From: Auanema rhodensis
Lineage: Eukaryota; Animalia; Nematoda
NCBI GenBank assembly: GCA_964057225.1
Contig: OZ059899.1
Span: 16,430,001-16,494,000, forward strand
Reading direction: 5' to 3'
DNA: 64,000 nt
Shown: piece by piece, positions 45,001 through 60,000 of the stretch
Numbering within the stretch: position 1 is the stretch's first letter
How the letters are laid out: each line of letters begins with the position of its first letter
Notes under the pieces: model-generated
Told to the model about the DNA's origin: nothing
What the model saw: the letters and a program-made list of their open reading frames with translations, nothing else
Databases searched by the model: none
Program-made: the position numbers and the translations under genes

Positions 45001-48000
45001 AGTTGTAACTATTTTTGTTTGATTATAGTTGATAATATTGGAGAAACATTGACAATCACCGGACACAACGTGCCTACAGCCTGAACTTTTTTGTGAACAA
45101 ATCTTGTGGATGGGGTTGATATAAACCTTTTTTCCGGAAAACTGAGAAGTCACGGCCGAATCTTACTCGGAATATCAGATTCTACACATCTGAATACCCA
45201 AGTTGTAACTATTTTTGTTTGATTATAGTTGATAATATTGGAGAAACATTGACAATCACCGAAAACAACGTGCCTACAGCCTGAACTTTTTTGTGAACAA
45301 ATCTTGTGGATGGGGTTGATATAAACCTTTTTTCCGGAAAACTGAGAAGTCACGGCCGAATCTTACTCGGAATATCAGATTCTACACATCTGAATACCTA
45401 AGTTGTAACAATTTTTGTTTGATTATAGTTGATAATATTGGAGAAACATTGACAATCACCGGACACAACGTGCCTACAGCCTGAACTTTTTTGTGAACAA
45501 ATCTTGTGGATGGGGTTGATATAAACCTTTTTTCCGGAAAACTGAGAAGTCACAGCCAAATCACACCAAGTAATTCAGATTCTACACATCTGAATACCTA
45601 AGTTGTAACTATTTTTGTTTGATTATAGTTGATAATATTGGAGAAACATTGACAATCACCGGACACAACGTGCCTACAGCCTGAACTTTTTTGTGAACAA
45701 ATCTTGTGGATGGGGTTGATATAAACCTTTTTTCCGGAAAACTGAGAAGTCACGGCCGAATCTTACTCGGAATATCAGATTCTACACATCTGAATACCTA
45801 AGTTGTAACTATTTTTGTTTGATTATAGTTGATAATATTGGAGAAACATTGACAATCACCGAAAACAACGTGCCAACAGCCTGAACTTTTTTGTGAACAA
45901 ATCTTGTGGATGGGGTTGATATAAACCTTTTTTCCGGAAAACTGAGAAGTCACAGCCAAATCACACCAAGTAATTCAGATTCTACACATCTGAATACCTA
46001 AGTTGTAACTATTTTTGTTTGATTATAGTTGATAATATTGGAGAAACATTGACAATCACCGAAAACAACGTGCCTACAGCCTGAACTTTTCTGTGAACAA
46101 ATCTTGTGGATGGGGTTGATATAAACCTTTTTTCCGGAAAACTGAGAAGTCACAGCCAAATCACACCAAGTAATTCAGATTCTACACATCTGAATACCTA
46201 AGTTGTAACTATTTTTGTTTGATTATAGTTGATAATATTGGAGAAACATTGACAATCACCGAAAACAACGTGCCAACAGCCTGAACTTTTTTGTGAACAA
46301 ATCTTGTGGATGGGGTTGATATAAACCTTTTTTCCGGAAAACTGAGAAGTCACAGCCAAATCACACCAAGTAATTCAGATTCTACACATCTGAATACCTA
46401 AGTTGTAACTATTTTTGTTTGATTATAGTTGATAATATTGGAGAAACATTGACAATCACCGAAAACAACGTGCCAACAGCCTGAACTTTTTTGTGAACAA
46501 ATCTTGTGGATGGGGTTGATATAAACCTTTTTTCCGGAAAACTGAGAAGTCACAGCCAAATCACACCAAGTAATTCAGATTCTACACATCTGAATACCCA
46601 AGTTGTAACTATTTTTGTTTGATTATAGTTGATAATATTGGAGAAACATTGACAATCACCGGACACAACGTGCCTACAGCCTGAACTTTTTTGTGAACAA
46701 ATCTTGTGGATGGGGTTGATATAAACCTTTTTTCCGGAAAACTGAGAAGTCACAGCCGAATCACACCAAGTAATTCAGATTCTACACATCTGAATACCCA
46801 AGTTGTAACTATTTGTGTCCGGTTATAGTTGATAATATTGGAGAAACATTGACAATCACCGAACACAACGTGCCTACAGCCTGAACTTTTTTGTGAACAA
46901 ATCTTGTGGATGGGGTTGATATAAACCTTTTTTCCGGAAAACTGAGAAGTCACAGCCGAATCACACCAAGTAATTCAGATTCTACACATCTGAATACCCA
47001 AGTTGTAACTATTTTTGTTTGATTATAGTTGATAATATTGGAGAAACATTGACAATCACCGAACACAACGTGCCTACAGCCTGAACTTTTTTGTGAACAA
47101 ATCTTGTGGATGGGGTTGATATAAACCTTTTTTCCGGAAAACTGAGAAGTCACAGCCAAATCACACCAAGTAATTCAGATTCTACACATCTGAATACCCA
47201 AGTTGTAACTATTTTTGTTTGATTATAGTTGATAATATTGGAGAAACATTGACAATCACCGAACACAACGTGCCTACAGCCTGAACTTTTTTGTGAACAA
47301 ATCTTGTGGATGGGGTTGATATAAACCTTTTTTCCGGAAAACTGAGAAGTCACAGCCAAATCACACCAAGTAATTCAGATTCTACACATCTGAATACCCA
47401 AGTTGTAACTATTTTTGTTTGATTATAGTTGATAATATTGGAGAAACATTGACAATCACCGAACACAACGTGCCTACAGCCTGAACTTTTTTGTGAACAA
47501 ATGTTGTGGATGGGGTTGATATAATCCTTTTTTCCGGAAAACTGAGAAGTCACGGCCGAATCTTACTCGGAATATCAGATTCTACACATCTGAATACCCA
47601 AGTTGTAACTATTTTTGTTTGATTATAGTTGATAATATTGGAGAAACATTGACAATCACCGAACACAACGTGCCTACAGCCTGAACTTTTTTGTGAACAA
47701 ATGTTGTGGATGGGGTTGATATAATCCTTTTTTCCGGAAAACTGAGAAGTCACAGCCAAATCACACCAAGTAATTCAGATTCTACACATCTGAATACCCA
47801 AGTTGTAACTATTTTTGTTTGATTATAGTTGATAATATTGGAGAAACATTGACAATCACCGGACACAACGTGCCTACAGCCTGAACTTTTTTGTGAACAA
47901 ATGTTGTGGATGGGGTTGATATAATCCTTTTTTCCGGAAAACTGAGAAGTCACAGCCAAATCACACCAAGTAATTCAGATTCTACACATCTGAATACCCA

Positions 48001-51000
48001 AGTTGTAACTATTTTTGTTTGATTATAGTTGATAATATTGGAGAAACATTGACAATCACCGGACACAACGTGCCTACAGCCTGAACTTTTTTGTGAACAA
48101 ATCTTGTGGATGGGGTTGATATAAACCTTTTTTCCGGAAAACTGAGAAGTCACAGCCAAATCACACCAAGTAATTCAGATTCTACACATCTGAATACCCA
48201 AGTTGTAACTATTTTTGTTTGATTATAGTTGATAATATTGGAGAAACATTGACAATCACCGGACACAACGTGCCTACAGCCTGAACTTTTTTGTGAACAA
48301 ATCTTGTGGATGGGGTTGATATAAACCTTTTTTCCGGAAAACTGAGAAGTCACAGCCAAATCACACCAAGTAATTCAGATTCTACACATCTGAATACCCA
48401 AGTTGTAACTATTTTTGTTTGATTATAGTTGATAATATTGGAGAAACATTGACAATCACCGGACACAACGTGCCTACAGCCTGAACTTTTTTGTGAACAA
48501 ATCTTGTGGATGGGGTTGATATAATCCTTTTTTCCGGAAAACTGAGAAGTCACGGCCGAATCTTACTCGGAATATCAGATTCTACACATCTGAATACCCA
48601 AGTTGTAACTATTTTTGTTTGATTATAGTTGATAATATTGGAGAAACATTGACAATCACCGAACACAACGTGCCTACAGCCTGAACTTTTTTGTGAACAA
48701 ATCTTGTGGATGGGGTTGATATAATCCTTTTTTCCGGAAAACTGAGAAGTCACAGCCAAATCACACCAAGTAATTCAGATTCTACACATCTGAATACCCA
48801 AGTTGTAACTATTTTTGTTTGATTATAGTTGATAATATTGGAGAAACATTGACAATCACCGAACACAACGTGCCTACAGCCTGAACTTTTTTGTGAACAA
48901 ATCTTGTGGATGGGGTTGATATAATCCTTTTTTCCGGAAAACTGAGAAGTCACGGCCGAATCTTACTCGGAATATCAGATTCTACACATCTGAATACCCA
49001 AGTTGTAACTATTTTTGTTTGATTATAGTTGATAATATTGGAGAAACATTGACAATCACCGGACACAACGTGCCTACAGCCTGAACTTTTTTGTGAACAA
49101 ATCTTGTGGATGGGGTTGATATAATCCTTTTTTCCGGAAAACTGAGAAGTCACGGCCGAATCTTACTCGGAATATCAGATTCTACACATCTGAATACCCA
49201 AGTTGTAACTATTTTTGTTTGATTATAGTTGATAATATTGGAGAAACATTGACAATCACCGGACACAACGTGCCTACAGCCTGAACTTTTTTGTGAACAA
49301 ATCTTGTGGATGGGGTTGATATAATCCTTTTTTCCGGAAAACTGAGAAGTCACAGCCAAATCACACCAAGTAATTCAGATTCTACACATCTGAATACCTA
49401 AGTTGTAACTATTTTTGTTTGATTATAGTTGATAATATTGGAGAAACATTGACAATCACCGAAAACAACGTGCCTACAGCCTGAACTTTTTTGTGAACAA
49501 ATCTTGTGGATGGGGTTGATATAAACCTTTTTTCCGGAAAACTGAGAAGTCACAGCCAAATCACACCAAGTAATTCAGATTCTACACATCTGAATACCCA
49601 AGTTGTAACTATTTTTGTTTGATTATAGTTGATAATATTGGAGAAACATTGACAATCACCGAACACAACGTGCCTACAGCCTGAACTTTTTTGTGAACAA
49701 ATCTTGTGGATGGGGTTGATATAATCCTTTTTTCCGGAAAACTGAGAAGTCACGGCCGAATCTTACTCGGAATATCAGATTCTACACATCTGAATACCCA
49801 AGTTGTAACTATTTTTGTTTGATTATAGTTGATAATATTGGAGAAACATTGACAATCACCGAACACAACGTGCCTACAGCCTGAACTTTTTTGTGAACAA
49901 ATCTTGTGGATGGGGTTGATATAATCCTTTTTTCCGGAAAACTGAGAAGTCACAGCCAAATCACACCAAGTAATTCAGATTCTACACATCTGAATACCTA
50001 AGTTGTAACTATTTTTGTTTGATTATAGTTGATAATATTGGAGAAACATTGACAATCACCGAAAACAACGTGCCTACAGCCTGAACTTTTTTGTGAACAA
50101 ATCTTGTGGATGGGGTTGATATAATCCTTTTTTCCGGAAAACTGAGAAGTCACAGCCAAATCACACCAAGTAATTCAGATTCTACACATCTGAATACCTA
50201 AGTTGTAACTATTTGTGTCCGGTTATAGTTGATAATATTGGAGAAACATTGACAATCACCGGACACAACGTGCCTACAGCCTGAACTTTTTTGTGAACAA
50301 ATCTTGTGGATGGGGTTGATATAAACCTTTTTTCCGGAAAACTGAGAAGTCACAGCCAAATCACACCAAGTAATTCAGATTCTACACATCTGAATACCCA
50401 AGTTGTAACTATTTTTGTTTGATTATAGTTGATAATATTGGAGAAACATTGACAATCACCGGACACAACGTGCCTACAGCCTGAACTTTTTTGTGAACAA
50501 ATCTTGTGGATGGGGTTGATATAATCCTTTTTTCCGGAAAACTGAGAAGTCACAGCCAAATCACACCAAGTAATTCAGATTCTACACATCTGAATACCCA
50601 AGTTGTAACTATTTGTGTCCGGTTATAGTTGATAATATTGGAGAAACATTGACAATCACCGGACACAACGTGCCTACAGCCTGAACTTTTTTGTGAACAA
50701 ATGTTGTGGATGGGGTTGATATAAACCTTTTTTCCGGAAAACTGAGAAGTCACAGCCAAATCACAACCAAGTAATTCAGATTCTACACATCTGAATACCC
50801 AAGTTGTAACTATTTGTGTCCGGTTATAGTTGATAATATTGGAGAAACATTGACAATCACCGGACACAACGTGCCTACAGCCTGAACTTTTTTGTGAACA
50901 AATCTTGTGGATGGGGTTGATATAATCCTTTTTTCCGGAAAACTGAGAAGTCACAGCCAAATCACAACCAAGTAATTCAGATTCTACACATCTGAATACC

Positions 51001-54000
51001 CAAGTTGTAACTATTTTTGTTTGATTATAGTTGATAATATTGGAGAAACATTGACAATCACCGAACACAACGTGCCTACAGCCTGAACTTTTTTGTGAAC
51101 AAATGTTGTGGATGGGGTTGATATAAACCTTTTTTCCGGAAAACTGAGAAGTCACAGCCAAATCACAACCAAGTAATTCAGATTCTACACATCTGAATAC
51201 CCAAGTTGTAACTATTTGTGTCCGGTTATAGTTGATAATATTGGAGAAACATTGACAATCACCGGACACAACGTGCCTACAGCCTGAACTTTTTTGTGAA
51301 CAAATCTTGTGGATGGGGTTGATATAATCCTTTTTTCCGGAAAACTGAGAAGTCACAGCCAAATCACAACCAAGTAATTCAGATTCTACACATCTGAATA
51401 CCCAAGTTGTAACTATTTTTGTTTGATTATAGTTGATAATATTGGAGAAACATTGACAATCACCGGACACAACGTGCCTACAGCCTGAACTTTTTTGTGA
51501 ACAAATCTTGTGGATGGGGTTGATATAATCCTTTTTTCCGGAAAACTGAGAAGTCACAGCCAAATCACAACCAAGTAATTCAGATTCTACACATCTGAAT
51601 ACCCAAGTTGTAACTATTTTTGTTTGATTATAGTTGATAATATTGGAGAAACATTGACAATCACCGAACACAACGTGCCTACAGCCTGAACTTTTTTGTG
51701 AACAAATCTTGTGGATGGGGTTGATATAAACCTTTTTTCCGGAAAACTGAGAAGTCACAGCCAAATCACAACCAAGTAATTCAGATTCTACACATCTGAA
51801 TACCCAAGTTGTAACTATTTTTGTTTGATTATAGTTGATAATATTGGAGAAACATTGACAATCACCGGACACAACGTGCCTACAGCCTGAACTTTTTTGT
51901 GAACAAATCTTGTGGATGGGGTTGATATAAACCTTTTTTCCGGAAAACTGAGAAGTCACAGCCAAATCACAACCAAGTAATTCAGATTCTACACATCTGA
52001 ATACCCAAGTTGTAACTATTTTTGTTTGATTATAGTTGATAATATTGGAGAAACATTGACAATCACCGGACACAACGTGCCTACAGCCTGAACTTTTTTG
52101 TGAACAAATCTTGTGGATGGGGTTGATATAAACCTTTTTTCCGGAAAACTGAGAAGTCACAGCCAAATCACAACCAAGTAATTCAGATTCTACACATCTG
52201 AATACCCAAGTTGTAACTATTTTTGTTTGATTATAGTTGATAATATTGGAGAAACATTGACAATCACCGGACACAACGTGCCTACAGCCTGAACTTTTTT
52301 GTGAACAAATCTTGTGGATGGGGTTGATATAAACCTTTTTTCCGGAAAACTGAGAAGTCACAGCCAAATCACAACCAAGTAATTCAGATTCTACACATCT
52401 GAATACCCAAGTTGTAACTATTTTTGTTTGATTATAGTTGATAATATTGGAGAAACATTGACAATCACCGAACACAACGTGCCTACAGCCTGAACTTTTT
52501 TGTGAACAAATCTTGTGGATGGGGTTGATATAAACCTTTTTTCCGGAAAACTGAGAAGTCACAGCCAAATCACAACCAAGTAATTCAGATTCTACACATC
52601 TGAATACCCAAGTTGTAACTATTTTTGTTTGATTATAGTTGATAATATTGGAGAAACATTGACAATCACCGAACACAACGTGCCTACAGCCTGAACTTTT
52701 TTGTGAACAAATCTTGTGGATGGGGTTGATATAAACCTTTTTTCCGGAAAACTGAGAAGTCACAGCCAAATCACAACCAAGTAATTCAGATTCTACACAT
52801 CTGAATACCCAAGTTGTAACTATTTTTGTTTGATTATAGTTGATAATATTGGAGAAACATTGACAATCACCGAACACAACGTGCCTACAGCCTGAACTTT
52901 TTTGTGAACAAATCTTGTGGATGGGGTTGATATAAACCTTTTTTCCGGAAAACTGAGAAGTCACGGCCGAATCTTACTCGGAATATCAGATTCTACACAT
53001 CTGAATACCCAAGTTGTAACTATTTTTGTTTGATTATAGTTGATAATATTGGAGAAACATTGACAATCACCGAACACAACGTGCCTACAGCCTGAACTTT
53101 TTTGTGAACAAATCTTGTGGATGGGGTTGATATAATCCTTTTTTCCGGAAAACTGAGAAGTCACAGCCAAATCACACCAAGTAATTCAGATTCTACACAT
53201 CTGAATACCCAAGTTGTAACTATTTGTGTCCGGTTATAGTTGATAATATTGGAGAAACATTGACAATCACCGGACACAACGTGCCTACAGCCTGAACTTT
53301 TTTGTGAACAAATCTTGTGGATGGGGTTGATATAAACCTTTTTTCCGGAAAACTGAGAAGTCACAGCCAAATCACACCAAGTAATTCAGATTCTACACAT
53401 CTGAATACCCAAGTTGTAACTATTTTTGTTTGATTATAGTTGATAATATTGGAGAAACATTGACAATCACCGAACACAACGTGCCTACAGCCTGAACTTT
53501 TTTGTGAACAAATCTTGTGGATGGGGTTGATATAAACCTTTTTTCCGGAAAACTGAGAAGTCACAGCCAAATCACACCAAGTAATTCAGATTCTACACAT
53601 CTGAATACCCAAGTTGTAACTATTTGTGTCCGGTTATAGTTGATAATATTGGAGAAACATTGACAATCACCGGACACAACGTGCCTACAGCCTGAACTTT
53701 TTTGTGAACAAATCTTGTGGATGGGGTTGATATAAACCTTTTTTCCGGAAAACTGAGAAGTCACAGCCAAATCACACCAAGTAATTCAGATTCTACACAT
53801 CTGAATACCCAAGTTGTAACTATTTGTGTCCGGTTATAGTTGATAATATTGGAGAAACATTGACAATCACCGAACACAACGTGCCTACAGCCTGAACTTT
53901 TTTGTGAACAAATCTTGTGGATGGGGTTGATATAAACCTTTTTTCCGGAAAACTGAGAAGTCACAGCCAAATCACACCAAGTAATTCAGATTCTACACAT

Positions 54001-57000
54001 CTGAATACCCAAGTTGTAACTATTTTTGTTTGATTATAGTTGATAATATTGGAGAAACATTGACAATCACCGAACACAACGTGCCTACAGCCTGAACTTT
54101 TTTGTGAACAAATCTTGTGGATGGGGTTGATATAAACCTTTTTTCCGGAAAACTGAGAAGTCACAGCCAAATCACACCAAGTAATTCAGATTCTACACAT
54201 CTGAATACCCAAGTTGTAACTATTTTTGTTTGATTATAGTTGATAATATTGGAGAAACATTGACAATCACCGAACACAACGTGCCTACAGCCTGAACTTT
54301 TTTGTGAACAAATCTTGTGGATGGGGTTGATATAAACCTTTTTTCCGGAAAACTGAGAAGTCACGGCCGAATCTTACTCGGAATATCAGATTCTTCACAT
54401 CTGAATACCCAAGTTGTAACTATTTGTGTCCGGTTATAGTTGATAATATTGGAGAAACATTGACAATCACCGAACACAACGTGCCTACAGCCTGAACTTT
54501 TTTGTGAACAAATCTTGTGGATGGGGTTGATATAAACCTTTTTTCCGGAAAACTGAGAAGTCACAGCCAAATCACACCAAGTAATTCAGATTCTACACAT
54601 CTGAATACCCAAGTTGTAACTATTTGTGTCCGGTTATAGTTGATAATATTGGAGAAACATTGACAATCACCGAACACAACGTGCCTACAGCCTGAACTTT
54701 TTTGTGAACAAATCTTGTGGATGGGGTTGATATAAACCTTTTTTCCGGAAAACTGAGAAGTCACAGCCAAATCACACCAAGTAATTCAGATTCTACACAT
54801 CTGAATACCCAAGTTGTAACTATTTGTGTCCGGTTATAGTTGATAATATTGGAGAAACATTGACAATCACCGAACACAACGTGCCTACAGCCTGAACTTT
54901 TTTGTGAACAAATCTTGTGGATGGGGTTGATATAAACCTTTTTTCCGGAAAACCGAGAAGTCACAGCCAAATCACACCAAGTAATTCAGATTCTACACAT
55001 CTGAATACCCAAGTTGTAACTATTTGTGTCCGGTTATAGTTGATAATATTGGAGAAACATTGACAATCACCGAACACAACGTGCCTACAGCCTGAACTTT
55101 TTTGTGAACAAATCTTGTGGATGGGGTTGATATAAACCTTTTTTCCGGAAAACTGAGAAGTCACGGCCGAATCTTACTCGGAATATCAGATTCTACACAT
55201 CTGAATACCCAAGTTGTAACTATTTTTGTTTGATTATAGTTGATAATATTGGAGAAACATTGACAATCACCGAACACAACGTGCCTGCAGCCTGAACTTT
55301 TTTGTGAACAAATCTTGTGGATGGGGTTGATATAAACCTTTTTTCCGGAAAACCGAGAAGTCACAGCCAAATCACACCAAGTAATTCAGATTCTACACAT
55401 CTGAATACCCAAGTTGTAACTATTTGTGTCCGGTTATAGTTGATAATATTGGAGAAACATTGACAATCACCGAACACAACGTGCCTACAGCCTGAACTTT
55501 TTTGTGAACAAATCTTGTGGATGGGGTTGATATAAACCTTTTTTCCGGAAAACTGAGAAGTCACGGCCGAATCTTACTCGGAATATCAGATTCTACACAT
55601 CTGAATACCCAAGTTGTAACTATTTTTGTTTGATTATAGTTGATAATATTGGAGAAACATTGACAATCACCGAACACAACGTGCCTGCAGCCTGAACTTT
55701 TTTGTGAACAAATCTTGTGGATGGGGTTGATATAAACCTTTTTTCCGGAAAACCGAGAAGTCACAGCCAAATCACACCAAGTAATTCAGATTCTACACAT
55801 CTGAATACCCAAGTTGTAACTATTTGTGTCCGGTTATAGTTGATAATATTGGAGAAACATTGACAATCACCGAACACAACGTGCCTACAGCCTGAACTTT
55901 TTTGTGAACAAATCTTGTGGATGGGGTTGATATAAACCTTTTTTCCGGAAAACTGAGAAGTCACGGCCGAATCTTACTCGGAATATCAGATTCTTCACAT
56001 CTGAATACCCAAGTTGTAACTATTTGTGTCCGGTTATAGTTGATAATATTGGAGAAACATTGACAATCACCGAACACAACGTGCCTACAGCCTGAACTTT
56101 TTTGTGAACAAATCTTGTGGATGGGGTTGATATAAACCTTTTTTCCGGAAAACTGAGAAGTCACGGCCGAATCTTACTCGGAATATCAGATTCTTCACAT
56201 CTGAATACCCAAGTTGTAACTATTTGTGTCCGGTTATAGTTGATAATATTGGAGAAACATTGACAATCACCGAACACAACGTGCCTACAGCCTGAACTTT
56301 TTTGTGAACAAATCTTGTGGATGGGGTTGATATAAACCTTTTTTCCGGAAAACTGAGAAGTCACGGCCGAATCTTACTCGGAATATCAGATTCTACACAT
56401 CTGAATACCCAAGTTGTAACTATTTGTGTCCGGTTATAGTTGATAATATTGGAGAAACATTGACAATCACCGAACACAACGTGCCTACAGCCTGAACTTT
56501 TTTGTGAACAAATCTTGTGGATGGGGTTGATATAAACCTTTTTTCCGGAAAACCGAGAAGTCACAGCCAAATCACACCAAGTAATTCAGATTCTACACAT
56601 CTGAATACCCAAGTTGTAACTATTTGTGTCCGGTTATAGTTGATAATATTGGAGAAACATTGACAATCACCGAACACAACGTGCCTACAGCCTGAACTTT
56701 TTTGTGAACAAATCTTGTGGATGGGGTTGATATAAACCTTTTTTCCGGAAAACCGAGAAGTCACAGCCAAATCACACCAAGTAATTCAGATTCTACACAT
56801 CTGAATACCCAAGTTGTAACTATTTGTGTCCGGTTATAGTTGATAATATTGGAGAAACATTGACAATCACCGAACACAACGTGCCTACAGCCTGAACTTT
56901 TTTGTGAACAAATCTTGTGGATGGGGTTGATATAAACCTTTTTTCCGGAAAACTGAGAAGTCACGGCCGAATCTTACTCGGAATATCAGATTCTACACAT

Positions 57001-60000
57001 CTGAATACCCAAGTTGTAACTATTTGTGTCCGGTTATAGTTGATAATATTGGAGAAACATTGACAATCACCGAACACAACGTGCCTACAGCCTGAACTTT
57101 TTTGTGAACAAATCTTGTGGATGGGGTTGATATAAACCTTTTTTCCGGAAAACTGAGAAGTCACAGCCAAATCACACCAAGTAATTCAGATTCTACACAT
57201 CTGAATACCCAAGTTGTAACTATTTGTGTCCGGTTATAGTTGATAATATTGGAGAAACATTGACAATCACCGAACACAACGTGCCTACAGCCTGAACTTT
57301 TTTGTGAACAAATCTTGTGGATGGGGTTGATATAAACCTTTTTTCCGGAAAACCGAGAAGTCACAGCCAAATCACACCAAGTAATTCAGATTCTACACAT
57401 CTGAATACCCAAGTTGTAACTATTTGTGTCCGGTTATAGTTGATAATATTGGAGAAACATTGACAATCACCGAACACAACGTGCCTACAGCCTGAACTTT
57501 TTTGTGAACAAATCTTGTGGATGGGGTTGATATAAACCTTTTTTCCGGAAAACTGAGAAGTCACGGCCGAATCTTACTCGGAATATCAGATTCTTCACAT
57601 CTGAATACCCAAGTTGTAACTATTTGTGTCCGGTTATAGTTGATAATATTGGAGAAACATTGACAATCACCGGACACAACGTGCCTACAGCCTGAACTTT
57701 TTTGTGAACAAATCTTGTGGATGGGGTTGATATAAACCTTTTTTCCGGAAAACTGAGAAGTCACGGCCGAATCTTACTCGGAATATCAGATTCTACACAT
57801 CTGAATACCCAAGTTGTAACTATTTTTGTTTGATTATAGTTGATAATATTGGAGAAACATTGACAATCACCGAACACAACGTGCCTGCAGCCTGAACTTT
57901 TTTGTGAACAAATCTTGTGGATGGGGTTGATATAAACCTTTTTTCCGGAAAACCGAGAAGTCACAGCCAAATCACACCAAGTAATTCAGATTCTACACAT
58001 CTGAATACCCAAGTTGTAACTATTTGTGTCCGGTTATAGTTGATAATATTGGAGAAACATTGACAATCACCGAACACAACGTGCCTACAGCCTGAACTTT
58101 TTTGTGAACAAATCTTGTGGATGGGGTTGATATAAACCTTTTTTCCGGAAAACCGAGAAGTCACAGCCAAATCACACCAAGTAATTCAGATTCTACACAT
58201 CTGAATACCCAAGTTGTAACTATTTGTGTCCGGTTATAGTTGATAATATTGGAGAAACATTGACAATCACCGAACACAACGTGCCTGCAGCCTGAACTTT
58301 TTTGTGAACAAATCTTGTGGATGGGGTTGATATAAACCTTTTTTCCGGAAAACCGAGAAGTCACAGCCAAATCACACCAAGTAATTCAGATTCTACACAT
58401 CTGAATACCCAAGTTGTAACTATTTGTGTCCGGTTATAGTTGATAATATTGGAGAAACATTGACAATCACCGAACACAACGTGCCTACAGCCTGAACTTT
58501 TTTGTGAACAAATCTTGTGGATGGGGTTGATATAAACCTTTTTTCCGGAAAACCGAGAAGTCACAGCCAAATCACACCAAGTAATTCAGATTCTACACAT
58601 CTGAATACCCAAGTTGTAACTATTTTTGTTTGATTATAGTTGATAATATTGGAGAAACATTGACAATCACCGAACACAACGTGCCTACAGCCTGAACTTT
58701 TTTGTGAACAAATCTTGTGGATGGGGTTGATATAAACCTTTTTTCCGGAAAACTGAGAAGTCACGGCCGAATCTTACTCGGAATATCAGATTCTACACAT
58801 CTGAATACCCAAGTTGTAACTATTTGTGTCCGGTTATAGTTGATAATATTGGAGAAACATTGACAATCACCGAACACAACGTGCCTGCAGCCTGAACTTT
58901 TTTGTGAACAAATCTTGTGGATGGGGTTGATATAAACCTTTTTTCCGGAAAACCGAGAAGTCACAGCCAAATCACACCAAGTAATTCAGATTCTACACAT
59001 CTGAATACCCAAGTTGTAACTATTTGTGTCCGGTTATAGTTGATAATATTGGAGAAACATTGACAATCACCGAACACAACGTGCCTACAGCCTGAACTTT
59101 TTTGTGAACAAATCTTGTGGATGGGGTTGATATAAACCTTTTTTCCGGAAAACTGAGAAGTCACGGCCGAATCTTACTCGGAATATCAGATTCTACACAT
59201 CTGAATACCCAAGTTGTAACTATTTGTGTCCGGTTATAGTTGATAATATTGGAGAAACATTGACAATCACCGAACACAACGTGCCTGCAGCCTGAACTTT
59301 TTTGTGAACAAATCTTGTGGATGGGGTTGATATAAACCTTTTTTCCGGAAAACCGAGAAGTCACAGCCAAATCACACCAAGTAATTCAGATTCTACACAT
59401 CTGAATACCCAAGTTGTAACTATTTGTGTCCGGTTATAGTTGATAATATTGGAGAAACATTGACAATCACCGAACACAACGTGCCTACAGCCTGAACTTT
59501 TTTGTGAACAAATCTTGTGGATGGGGTTGATATAAACCTTTTTTCCGGAAAACTGAGAAGTCACGGCCGAATCTTACTCGGAATATCAGATTCTACACAT
59601 CTGAATACCCAAGTTGTAACTATTTGTGTCCGGTTATAGTTGATAATATTGGAGAAACATTGACAATCACCGAACACAACGTGCCTGCAGCCTGAACTTT
59701 TTTGTGAACAAATCTTGTGGATGGGGTTGATATAAACCTTTTTTCCGGAAAACCGAGAAGTCACAGCCAAATCACACCAAGTAATTCAGATTCTACACAT
59801 CTGAATACCCAAGTTGTAACTATTTGTGTCCGGTTATAGTTGATAATATTGGAGAAACATTGACAATCACCGAACACAACGTGCCTACAGCCTGAACTTT
59901 TTTGTGAACAAATCTTGTGGATGGGGTTGATATAAACCTTTTTTCCGGAAAACTGAGAAGTCACGGCCGAATCTTACTCGGAATATCAGATTCTACACAT

